From: Nitrososphaerota archaeon
GTDB taxonomy: Archaea > Thermoproteota > Nitrososphaeria > Nitrososphaerales > Nitrosopumilaceae
Direction of reading: 5' to 3'
Length of the DNA: 35,330 bases
Assembly: GCA_052386635.1 (NCBI GenBank)
Contig: JBQTJY010000090.1
Span: 1 to 35,330 of the forward strand
Positions 25,545-32,815 of this stretch are shown piece by piece. Numbering within the stretch: the first letter of the stretch is position 1; each line of letters begins with the position of its first letter. A program made the position numbers and the translations under genes. The notes beneath the pieces are model-generated. The model made no database searches. It had not been told where the DNA came from and saw nothing but the letters and a program-made list of their open reading frames with translations.

Positions 25545-25988
25545 TTGATTTTAAAATATCTATCACTTGCATCATTAGTAGTTCTATACTCTTTGATGTT
25601 TATTGGTGGATACGTTTCTGCAGCAGGTTTAGGTCTATCTTGTCCTGAGTGGCCATTATGTCCAAATGGTCTATTTCCAAATGATGAATACATAATAGAA
25701 TGGGTTCACAGATTTGTAGCTGCTACTACAGGTGCGCTTGTTATTGTAACATCCGTAGGTAGTTGGCTTGCAAAAAACTCTCATAAAAAAATCAAACTTA
25801 CAAGTACGTTAGCTGCAATTTTTGTAATAACTCAGATCACATTAGGTGCTATCGTAATTGATCTCAAGTTACATGCAATGCTTGTCGCTATTCACTTGGG
25901 AATAGGAATTCTATTATTTGCTATGGTTCTGTTGACCACTTTGTTTGCTTTTAGATTAGCAAATATTGCAATTCAAACTAAGATTTAG
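25545..25988 (+). CDS. ctaA: compact (4-TM) heme A synthase, CtaA/COX15-like
   Basis: 147 aa with a TTG start. Has the GLGLSCPEWPLCPNG Cys pair motif of CtaA, EWVHRF and AIHLGIG His residues in TM helices, and four hydrophobic segments. It lies directly after the oxidase genes. Confidence 0.65.
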   Translation: MILKYLSLASLVVLYSLMFIGGYVSAAGLGLSCPEWPLCPNGLFPNDEYIIEWVHRFVAATTGALVIVTSVGSWLAKNSHKKIKLTSTLAAIFVITQITLGAIVIDLKLHAMLVAIHLGIGILLFAMVLLTTLFAFRLANIAIQTKI

Positions 25989-26508
25989 TTCTAGATTTTA
26001 ATATTTTTGGGAGATAGATATAACTAAGAATAATAACAAAGCCAATACTTCCTGCCGCTATAGAATATATGAAAATATAGCCAAAGGGGTTTTGCGTACT
26101 GATATTAAATGTATAAGTTATTACCCCGCCATCTTTTGCAACATCATAAAGATCCACTCTAAAAATATGATTTCCAGAGCTTTGAAATACATAATCTGTT
26201 TGCCAATGACCGCCATCATGTGCTTGAGGTGGAATTGTATCTACCTCTTCACCATTAAAAAATATACGAATGCCACTGGTAAATCTATCAACTTCATTTA
26301 AATCCCGATCTGTAACTCTTAAAAGAATTTGTGATTTTTCTCCAGTTGATGGAATTTCAGGAAGTGTTGCGATCTGGACTCTATAATCCCCTATTGTAGA
26401 TTCTGCTGAATTGAATAAAGAATGTGCGTTAGCCTCGTAAATTGTAGTAGTTAAAAAGAAAATTAAAAAAACTAAAACATAGAATGACAACATTTTTCTC
26501 TTCTTCAT
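25978..26508 (-). CDS. secreted, C-terminally membrane-anchored beta-sandwich protein; candidate extracytoplasmic copper-binding protein
   Basis: 176 aa. Has a signal peptide ending IYEANA followed by HSLF (predicted mature N-terminal His). The pattern DYRVQIATLPEIPSTGEKSQILLRVTD is YtkA/FixH/YcnI-like, and HDGGHW is present. There is a C-terminal TM helix (IFIYSIAAGSIGFVIILSYIY). Confidence 0.45.
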   Translation of the reverse strand: MKKRKMLSFYVLVFLIFFLTTTIYEANAHSLFNSAESTIGDYRVQIATLPEIPSTGEKSQILLRVTDRDLNEVDRFTSGIRIFFNGEEVDTIPPQAHDGGHWQTDYVFQSSGNHIFRVDLYDVAKDGGVITYTFNISTQNPFGYIFIYSIAAGSIGFVIILSYIYLPKILKSRTKS

Positions 26509-26603
26509 ACTATCACATCTAGTTTTACCAATTTATTATAGTGTAATTTTTATTCTAAAAATTTACAAAAGCTTTAAATCTAGACCGTCAAAACATCCAA
26601 ACG

Positions 26604-27206
26604 TTGACTTTAATTCAAAAATCAATTGATATCAAAGCATCAATTAGCACTGTTTTCACTTATTTTGCAAGACCAGAACACGTTTCTGATCAAATGAGTG
26701 ACAAAGGTGTAGGAATGACAGTCGTTCCAATGGATATTAAGGCTGGAATGGGAGTTGGAACAACTTTTAGAGTAATAGCTGATTTTACTGGTAAAAGGCT
26801 AGAATGGGATTGTGAAACAACTGAATTTGACAGAGAAGAAAAAATCTCGGCAAAGATGATCAAAGGTCCTTTTAAAAAATGGCAGATTACTAATAAATTC
26901 AAAGCATTAGGTGATAATCTTACTAAAGTAACAATGACAGTTGATTATGAAATGCCATTTGGACCACTAGGAGGAATAATCAACAAAGTCAGGTTTGCAA
27001 AATCTGCTGAAAGAGGAATGGAAACTGCATTATACAAAGTAAGAGGTTTACTAGAAGGTAATGGTTCTATACCAGTTTACATCACACTTGATGCATACCA
27101 GAAACTTTTAGCTGAAAAGAAAAAGATGAACAACGTTCCAGTATCAACTGTTCTTACAGCCATTTTAGAAAAATACAATCAACTAGAAGCTAAAACTCAA
27201 AATTAA
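26604..27206 (+). CDS. SRPBCC (START/polyketide cyclase-like) ligand-binding domain protein with a ribbon-helix-helix-like C-terminal tail
   Basis: 200 aa with a TTG start. The N-terminal IDIKASISTVFTYFARPEHV is the usual SRPBCC opening. The C-terminal PVYITLDAYQKLLAEKKKMNNVPVSTVLTAILEKY fits a strand-helix-helix CopG/Arc pattern. Confidence 0.5.
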   Translation: MTLIQKSIDIKASISTVFTYFARPEHVSDQMSDKGVGMTVVPMDIKAGMGVGTTFRVIADFTGKRLEWDCETTEFDREEKISAKMIKGPFKKWQITNKFKALGDNLTKVTMTVDYEMPFGPLGGIINKVRFAKSAERGMETALYKVRGLLEGNGSIPVYITLDAYQKLLAEKKKMNNVPVSTVLTAILEKYNQLEAKTQN

Positions 27207-27226
27207 ATTTCTTTTTTTACACATGG

Positions 27227-27233
27227 TTAATAA
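27227..27233 (+). promoter_or_regulatory. TATA-like box for tRNA-Lys
   Basis: TTAATAA centred about 28 nt upstream of tRNA position 1 (27258). Confidence 0.3.
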
Positions 27234-27257
27234 CGACTCTAACATTTGCTATTTTTA

Positions 27258-27331
27258 GGGTCTATGGCTCAGCCAGGTAGAGCACCGGACTCTTAATCCG
27301 GCTGTCGAGGGTTCAAATCCCTCTAGACCCG
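27258..27331 (+). tRNA. tRNA-Lys (anticodon CTT)
   Basis: Manual cloverleaf: GGGTCTA TG GCTC AGCCAGGTA GAGC A CCGGA CTCTTAA TCCGG CTGTC GAGGG TTCAAAT CCCTC TAGACCC G. 74 nt, all stems Watson-Crick, no encoded CCA. Confidence 0.9.
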
Positions 27332-27343
27332 CTCATATGAACA

Positions 27344-27514
27344 TTATTTGTGAGTGCATTTACACGGTACTAGTTTGGTATCAAAAGTACAATCATGTGG
27401 TCCATCAGATTTAGTGGTTACAGGAATTTCCTTCATACATTCCTGATGTCTGCCTTTTTTACAAAACCAACACATTTCTTGCATTGAATCAAAGTCACAA
27501 GAGTCCATAATCAT
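27344..27514 (-). CDS. unannotated 56-aa cysteine/histidine-rich mini-protein (putative zinc-binding)
   Basis: Below the ORF-track size cutoff. The reverse strand reads MIMDSCDFDSMQEMCWFCKKGRHQECMKEIPVTTKSDGPHDCTFDTKLVPCKCTHK then stop. It has 7 Cys (including CWFC and CKC) and 4 His. It exactly fills the gap between tRNA-Lys and ilvE. Confidence 0.45.
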   Translation of the reverse strand: MIMDSCDFDSMQEMCWFCKKGRHQECMKEIPVTTKSDGPHDCTFDTKLVPCKCTHK

Positions 27515-27547
27515 GTACTTTGTAATTTTAAATGTAAAAACATAGTT

Positions 27548-28462
27548 CTAAATGTATTTGAGCCATGAAAGAAATCGATCATCTTTTCCCATGGCCACAT
27601 TCATAAACGATTTTTGTAACTCTCGTGTTTTTGGACCTGGTCTGCCATTTCCAATTGTTATTTGATCAATTTCTGTAACAGATTTTACTTCAGCAGCAGT
27701 TCCTGTCATAAATACTTCATCTGCTACATAAAGATCCTCTCTATCAAGATCTTTTTCAGTGACTTCTTCACCATTCTCTTCAATTATTTTAATGACACTG
27801 TCTCTTGTAATTCCTTCTAAAATACCAGCTGTAAGAGGTGGAGTAAATATCTGGTTGTTTTTTACAATGAAAATATTTTCTGCACTTCCTTCTGCTATCT
27901 TGCCTTGATTGTTTAACATGATAGATTCGTCATACCCATCATTTAATGCCTCAACTCTGGCAAGGGCAGCATTTGCATAGTTTGATGCAGCCTTTGCTTT
28001 CATTGGTTGCGAACGTGAATCTATTCTTATCCAACTTGAAACTTTACATCTTGCACCAGATATCTTGCCAGCCTTTGACTCACCAATCTTCCATTCCCAA
28101 CATGCTATCGCAACATCTATTTTGTTTAGTGTTGGTGTAAGACCCATAGTGCCATATCCATAGTACGCTATAGGTCTGATGTAACATTCTTTAAGAGTAC
28201 TTGCTTTTACTGTTTGGATAATTGCATTCTCAATTTGTTGTTTTGAATATGGAATAATCATTGAATACATTTTTGCAGAATTGAAAAATCTTTCTATGTG
28301 CTCATATAATCGAAAAATTGCTGAACCATCTGGAGTATCATAACATCTTATTCCCTCAAACACTGCAGTTGAGTAATGCAATGCATGAGTCAGTACATGT
28401 ACTTTGGCATTTTTGAATGGAACTAATTTTCCATTCATCCATATCTTGCCTACTTCTTTCAT
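27548..28462 (-). CDS. ilvE: branched-chain amino acid aminotransferase (class IV PLP enzyme)
   Basis: 304 aa. Has HALHYSTAVFEGIRCY, a conserved-Lys region (KAASNYANAALA), EGSAENIF and FMTGTAAEV, typical of IlvE. Confidence 0.85.
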   Translation of the reverse strand: MKEVGKIWMNGKLVPFKNAKVHVLTHALHYSTAVFEGIRCYDTPDGSAIFRLYEHIERFFNSAKMYSMIIPYSKQQIENAIIQTVKASTLKECYIRPIAYYGYGTMGLTPTLNKIDVAIACWEWKIGESKAGKISGARCKVSSWIRIDSRSQPMKAKAASNYANAALARVEALNDGYDESIMLNNQGKIAEGSAENIFIVKNNQIFTPPLTAGILEGITRDSVIKIIEENGEEVTEKDLDREDLYVADEVFMTGTAAEVKSVTEIDQITIGNGRPGPKTRELQKSFMNVAMGKDDRFLSWLKYI

Positions 28463-28486
28463 ATGGGAATGGAAAATGTGTTGGTA

Positions 28487-28493
28487 ATTTAAA
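28487..28493 (-). promoter_or_regulatory. TATA-like box for ilvE (near-leaderless)
   Basis: TTTAAAT on the reverse strand, centred about 28 nt upstream of the ATG at 28462. Confidence 0.35.
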
Positions 28494-28740
28494 GAATTAT
28501 GAGATTTTGTTATTCTGTTGATTCAACATAACTACAATTTTTTTGAAATTCTAAAAATAGCTTTAATTTTTATTTTGATTATCTTACAACAATTTTTTTA
28601 CAGAATTAAAGTTGAAATAGAAACTGTTACAGTATTTTTCATACAAAACTACAAAATCATTCATTATCAAATTAGACATTACTAATTAGATCAATAGACT
28701 ATATAGATCAAATCTAAATATTAAAAATGTAAATTATACT

Positions 28741-28848
28741 TAGCGCGTGTTTTGGGTAACGCCGGACTGACTCTAGATAAAGGTCCAAGAACAAACCCAC
28801 TTTGGCACTACAGGTAAGGGCCTGTAGAGCCAACGATGTTGATTTTTT
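28741..28848. ncRNA. GC-rich structured island in an AT-rich spacer: candidate small RNA and/or bidirectional terminator (hairpin 28804..28831 plus T6 at 28843..28848)
   Basis: About 105 nt of mixed composition is embedded in a spacer that is otherwise almost all A/T. There is a near-perfect hairpin, GGCACTACAGG-TAAGGG-CCTGTAGAGCC (10 bp plus one A:A mismatch). Further possible helices are TGGGT 28753..28757 with ACCCA 28795..28799, and GGACT 28764..28768 with GGTCC 28782..28786. T6 follows on the plus strand, and a T-rich tract follows on the minus strand after the kinase stop. Confidence 0.3.
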
Positions 28849-30271
28849 AAATTTTTGACTTGTTGATGATCTCTCTTTCTGAATGAACTGCTCTTATGGC
28901 ATGTGCTATATTGTTACCTGTATCCTCAATGACAATAATTATTCTTGATGTTTCTTCTTGTGCATCCATATTCAATATGTTTAGACCAGCTTCACCAATT
29001 TTCGAACTTGTCTTTGATGCAACTTGTTGTACTTTCCACATCTCATCGCCAATCAAAGTAATGACACCTCTATTATAGGCAATAGTGGCAAGAGAGTCAA
29101 ATCCAAGTATGTATTTCTCATTACGCTTCACATAGTCAGCATCTAGAAATAAGATTCTTGCAAACTCTATTCCATCTTTTGTAAAAGGCGATAAAATTAC
29201 AAATTCGCTGTAGCGTTTATCATTTTCAAGCGATTCTAGTAACCTTTGCGCAGATGAATTTTCAATTCTTAAAATTGCACAATTCTTCTTTCCCGTGACT
29301 ATTTTTAATGGATGATTACTTTTTTCATCAGGCCTTCTTTTGATTATTGTAGTTTTTCTAGGATTTTTCATATCGGTAATTATAATGGGCATATCTACAC
29401 CATGTTCTAAAATTTCTTTAATTGCAATAGGATCGAGAATTTTCATACCAAACATTCCAGCCAGCCTTGCTTCATTATAGGAAATCTGTTTGATTTCATC
29501 AAGTTTTTCAGTTACAATTTTTGGATCGGCAGAAACTACTGAACTGTCTTTCTCAAAATCAATGCTAGTTTCATATTTTTTATGAAATAAAATTCCAAGA
29601 TTAGCAGCTGTTCTATCTGAACCCCCTCTCTCATATGTAGTCATAATTCCGGCTTTTGTTTTACCGATAAAACCTCCAATAGAAACTACATCATTTTCCT
29701 TGAGTAGTTTCTCTAAAGGTTCTAACCTTTCTAATGATTCTGATGCAAGAAAGTTGGTTGATTCTATATTGTGATCAGTTATTATCGGCCAAACATCAAA
29801 ATCTACAGATGCAGATTTTATTCCATGACTTTTCATGATGTAATCCATTACTTTTGATATCAAAATTTCACCTGTAAAGGCAAGTGTCTTAGAACGCACT
29901 TCGTCAACAAATTCTCCCTTTTGTTTTGCAACATCCAAAGCATCTTTTGATTTTTCTAAAAATGTATTAATGATATTTTGGCATTCAATTTGGTAATTAT
30001 CACCTACTAGCTCGAGTATTTTTTCATATACTCGTTTAATTTCGTCAATGTTTACACTCTGTCCTTTTTCAGCCTCTTTTCCCAGTCCAAGTACAATGTC
30101 AGTCAATGATCTTTTTTCACCTCCATGTATGGTTAATGGTGCAGAAAAAATTGCAATTACTTTAGATGATTTCTTTAATTCACTAATTCTTTGAAGAATA
30201 ATTGGAATTGATATACCATCTACTCCAATTGCACTACCACCAAATTTTGCGATAACTAATCTATTCAACAA
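28847..30271 (-). CDS. aspartate kinase (amino acid kinase domain plus C-terminal ACT-like regulatory region)
   Basis: 474 aa. Has the N-terminal VIAKFGGSAIG (KFGG[ST]S) kinase motif, GGSDRTAANLG, and a C-terminal ITLIGDEM...LNILNMDAQEETSRIIIVIE ACT-like pattern. Confidence 0.65.
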   Translation of the reverse strand: MLNRLVIAKFGGSAIGVDGISIPIILQRISELKKSSKVIAIFSAPLTIHGGEKRSLTDIVLGLGKEAEKGQSVNIDEIKRVYEKILELVGDNYQIECQNIINTFLEKSKDALDVAKQKGEFVDEVRSKTLAFTGEILISKVMDYIMKSHGIKSASVDFDVWPIITDHNIESTNFLASESLERLEPLEKLLKENDVVSIGGFIGKTKAGIMTTYERGGSDRTAANLGILFHKKYETSIDFEKDSSVVSADPKIVTEKLDEIKQISYNEARLAGMFGMKILDPIAIKEILEHGVDMPIIITDMKNPRKTTIIKRRPDEKSNHPLKIVTGKKNCAILRIENSSAQRLLESLENDKRYSEFVILSPFTKDGIEFARILFLDADYVKRNEKYILGFDSLATIAYNRGVITLIGDEMWKVQQVASKTSSKIGEAGLNILNMDAQEETSRIIIVIEDTGNNIAHAIRAVHSEREIINKSKI

Positions 30272-30319
30272 GCGATAAAAAATTACATTCCACTATTAAT
30301 TATTGGGTTTATTGTTATG

Positions 30320-31342
30320 TTAGGTCACGAATCTACGTATTATGCTAGCTGCTTTCATTGCCCCATCGCAATTTAGAGGATTTCGTTTTGTAGTTAGCTT
30401 TTCAGCAATTAATGATTCTAATTTGTTGACATCCTCAAAAGAAAATCCTTCCTGCTTTGCGTTATCCTCTTGTTCAAAATGGCTTTTTATTGGTATGAAA
30501 ATTCCAGGAGTTCCATAAGATTTTGATTCATCAATTGTAGATTTTCCAGCAAGAGAAATCACAAGATCTGCTGCATAAATCATCTCATGTAAGTTTTCTA
30601 CAAATCCTAAACTTCGTATGTTTTGTGTAAATTCATTTTTTATAGATGGTCCAGTGACAATAACAAGTTCCACATCTTCTTTTAATTTAGGAAACACTTC
30701 TAGCGTTTTTTGTATTAGAAACTTTCCGGCATCAGATCCTCCAACGCTAACAACTATGGTTTTTTTATTAAAAGAAAATTTTTCTCTTAAAACTTCTCTC
30801 GTGTATCTTGTCGCTCTAACAATAGGTCCAACATATCTGATATTTTCTTTATCTTGACCATTTTCTGGCAAAACTACAACGTCGCATTTTTTTATAATTT
30901 CTCTCATGGAGCTATTCATTCTTTTTTCGATCAACGAACCAATTCCTTTTGTGAATTTAGTTTCTAGGATATCTGTAATCAACACTGTTGGTATCTTTTG
31001 TTTTTGTGCTATTGTTAATGAAGCAAAATCTTCATCACTAACAACTAGTTCTGGTTTTTTGTCTTCTATAATATTTGATGAAACACGTTTGCATTCCTTG
31101 TAATAATTGTAGTATTTCCACAGCCATTTTAAAGGATATTGTAATGAACCATTTTGAACATTAAACTGTGGTGGTGTATACACATTTTTAACACTGTACC
31201 CATATTTTTTGAAAAGATCTACTGCTGATACACCACTGACAAACAATTTTGAAATGTTTTCTAAATGTTGAGCAATTGCAATATCTCTTGTCGTATGTCC
31301 AAGACCTATAGGACTTGAAAAAAAAGTAATTGTTGTCAACAA
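30320..31342 (-). CDS. GT-B fold glycosyltransferase (GT1/GT28, MurG/UDP-glycosyltransferase-like)
   Basis: 340 aa. Has an N-terminal SSPIGLGHTTRDIAIAQHL Gly-rich/His motif, and a C-terminal VSVGGSDAG...ADLVISLAGKSTIDE donor-binding pattern. Confidence 0.6.
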   Translation of the reverse strand: MLTTITFFSSPIGLGHTTRDIAIAQHLENISKLFVSGVSAVDLFKKYGYSVKNVYTPPQFNVQNGSLQYPLKWLWKYYNYYKECKRVSSNIIEDKKPELVVSDEDFASLTIAQKQKIPTVLITDILETKFTKGIGSLIEKRMNSSMREIIKKCDVVVLPENGQDKENIRYVGPIVRATRYTREVLREKFSFNKKTIVVSVGGSDAGKFLIQKTLEVFPKLKEDVELVIVTGPSIKNEFTQNIRSLGFVENLHEMIYAADLVISLAGKSTIDESKSYGTPGIFIPIKSHFEQEDNAKQEGFSFEDVNKLESLIAEKLTTKRNPLNCDGAMKAASIIRRFVT

Positions 31343-31393
31343 AATCTCTTTTGGAAAACTCCATTTTTAGCTTGTCCAAAATTTTTCTCAAAG

Positions 31394-31400
31394 TTTAAAT
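31394..31400 (+). promoter_or_regulatory. TATA-like box for tRNA-Val
   Basis: TTTAAAT centred about 27 nt upstream of tRNA position 1 (31424). Confidence 0.4.
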
Positions 31401-31423
31401 GGTTTTTAACAAGGTAGCTTGCT

Positions 31424-31496
31424 GGGCTCATAGTCCAGTGGTTATGACGTCGCCCTTACACGGCGAAGATCCGGGGTTCAAATCCCCGTGGGCCCA
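31424..31496 (+). tRNA. tRNA-Val (anticodon TAC)
   Basis: Manual cloverleaf: GGGCTCA TA GTCC AGTGGTTA TGAC G TCGCC CTTACAC GGCGA AGATC CGGGG TTCAAAT CCCCG TGGGCCC A. 73 nt, one G:U in the acceptor stem, no encoded CCA. Confidence 0.85.
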
Positions 31497-31546
31497 GTAC
31501 CTTGATTTTGGTAACACATTTAATTTCAAAAATAGAACACAAAGAA

Positions 31547-31798
31547 ATGATTGATCTTTCTATAACTGATAAAATGACCATAGTTCAATATGCAATTGAA
31601 AAATATGAAAACGAACAGATGCTTTTAGAAAAGTTAAGCACCATTCTCTCAGAAAAAGACATTCAAAGAAGCCTTGATACATTAATTGGAACTCAACGTG
31701 TGAGAAGAATAGGAACAGAGGTTTTACAAAATAACACTAGTCATACTGATATGCCACAACTTCCTGATGGCCTAAAACCAATAATCGAAAACCTGTAA
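31547..31798 (+). CDS. hypothetical protein
   Basis: The track ORF starts at a TTG (31502), 6 nt after the tRNA. The first ATG is at 31547 (MIDLSITDK...). There is no recognisable motif, and composition is typical of coding sequence. Confidence 0.35.
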   Translation: MIDLSITDKMTIVQYAIEKYENEQMLLEKLSTILSEKDIQRSLDTLIGTQRVRRIGTEVLQNNTSHTDMPQLPDGLKPIIENL

Positions 31799-31800
31799 AA

Positions 31801-32685
31801 TTAGAATCCTCTTAGGCCCTTTGGTCTTGCAACTTCTGTATGATCTTTCATCCACGAAATTTTTTCAAGGATTGCATTTTTATCGTGAGGAAAAGTACCT
31901 CCAATAGTATAAGCATTTGAACCATGATTTGCTCTAAAAATAATTTTATCTTTCACATTTATTCTGCTTATTAGATCTTCAAGCTCTTCTAATGCTTCAT
32001 TATCCGAAACAGGAATAAACGGTTCTTCAAACTTTGTAAGAAATTCATCTTTTATGCCATTTTCTAAATAAAGTGTTAGTGCTCCAACATAATGAGGTGC
32101 AATAGCATTAATTATCTCAGCTGTAGACTTTGAGTGCTCTTTTGAATATGTTCTCCCCCCCAGTCCTAATATGACCATACAAGAGAGGATGTAACCTGCA
32201 TCCATTGCTTTTTTACAAGCCCTAATTATGGTCTGAGATGTTGCACCTTTTGTAATTTTTTTTAAAATTATATCAGAACCACTTTCTATTCCCAAATAAA
32301 GCATTTGTAGTCCCGATTCTTTCATTTTTTTCAATTCCACTGGAGATTTTTTAAGTAAATTCATAGGCATTGCATAACATGACACACGTTCTAGATTTGG
32401 AAAATTCTTGTACAGATATTCAATAATCTTAACCATATAATCAGTTTGAAGATTAAGCGCATCACCATCTGCAAGGAAAACTCTTTTTGTATCAGGAAAC
32501 TGTTTTGCCATAACATCAATTTCGGTTTTGACCTCGTCCCATGATCTTTCAACATATTCTTTGTTTCTGTACATATCGCAAAATGAGCACTGGTTGAATG
32601 AGCATCCAAGTGTGACCTGAAATATTAGTGAGTTCGCTTCAGAAGGAGGCCTGTAAAGTGGATATGCATAATTTAGTGCCATCAT
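31801..32685 (-). CDS. radical SAM superfamily protein with a non-canonical CX4CX2C cluster motif
   Basis: 294 aa. VTLGCSFNQCSFCDMY lies near the N-terminus, verified at DNA level (tgc tca ttc aac cag tgc tca ttt tgc). GIESGS (GGE-like SAM motif region) is also present, and the length fits a TIM-barrel. Confidence 0.7.
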   Translation of the reverse strand: MMALNYAYPLYRPPSEANSLIFQVTLGCSFNQCSFCDMYRNKEYVERSWDEVKTEIDVMAKQFPDTKRVFLADGDALNLQTDYMVKIIEYLYKNFPNLERVSCYAMPMNLLKKSPVELKKMKESGLQMLYLGIESGSDIILKKITKGATSQTIIRACKKAMDAGYILSCMVILGLGGRTYSKEHSKSTAEIINAIAPHYVGALTLYLENGIKDEFLTKFEEPFIPVSDNEALEELEDLISRINVKDKIIFRANHGSNAYTIGGTFPHDKNAILEKISWMKDHTEVARPKGLRGF

Positions 32686-32815
32686 GTTCTATCAAACTAA
32701 AGATGTGTTTGTCTCTTTTTACCTTTACGAAAAACTGTATTCATATTTTCACAATCTAGATAATTTTTGCTACAAACACCTTTTAGTGAACACAACAAGA
32801 GAGAACATGTAAAAT

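Noticed and set aside
25978-25988. The 11-nt overlap of the convergent 3' ends of ctaA and the secreted His-protein gene, considered as a possible antisense regulatory arrangement.
   Set aside because: Short convergent overlaps are common in compact archaeal genomes. No additional structure or conservation evidence is available from the sequence.
28680-28720. Short repeats in the AT-rich spacer (TAGATCAA twice, flanked by the inverted repeat TTAGAT/ATCTAA), considered as a possible transcription-factor site upstream of ilvE.
   Set aside because: The site is more than 200 nt from the ilvE start, and the sequence complexity is so low that such 6 to 8-mers are expected by chance. I did not report it as a feature.
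28741-28846. Lysine riboswitch controlling the aspartate kinase.
   Set aside because: The element lies 3' of the kinase (stop at 28847..28849, gene on the minus strand), not in its leader. It is far shorter than a lysine riboswitch, and lysine riboswitches are a bacterial feature.
12042-30271. Ectoine/hydroxyectoine cluster, suggested by a class III aminotransferase, a PhyH-type hydroxylase and an aspartate kinase in the same window.
   Set aside because: No EctA (DABA acetyltransferase) or EctC (cupin ectoine synthase) ORF is present. The three genes are 2 to 15 kb apart on different strands, with unrelated genes between them.
18420-32685. RiPP-type system built from the PqqD-like domain (18420..19058), the Cys-rich mini-ORF (27344..27514) and the radical SAM gene (31801..32685).
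   Set aside because: The three elements are separated by 8 to 13 kb of housekeeping genes (oxidase operon, ilvE, aspartate kinase, tRNAs) and lie in different transcription units. There is no protease or transporter nearby. I kept them as separate observations only.
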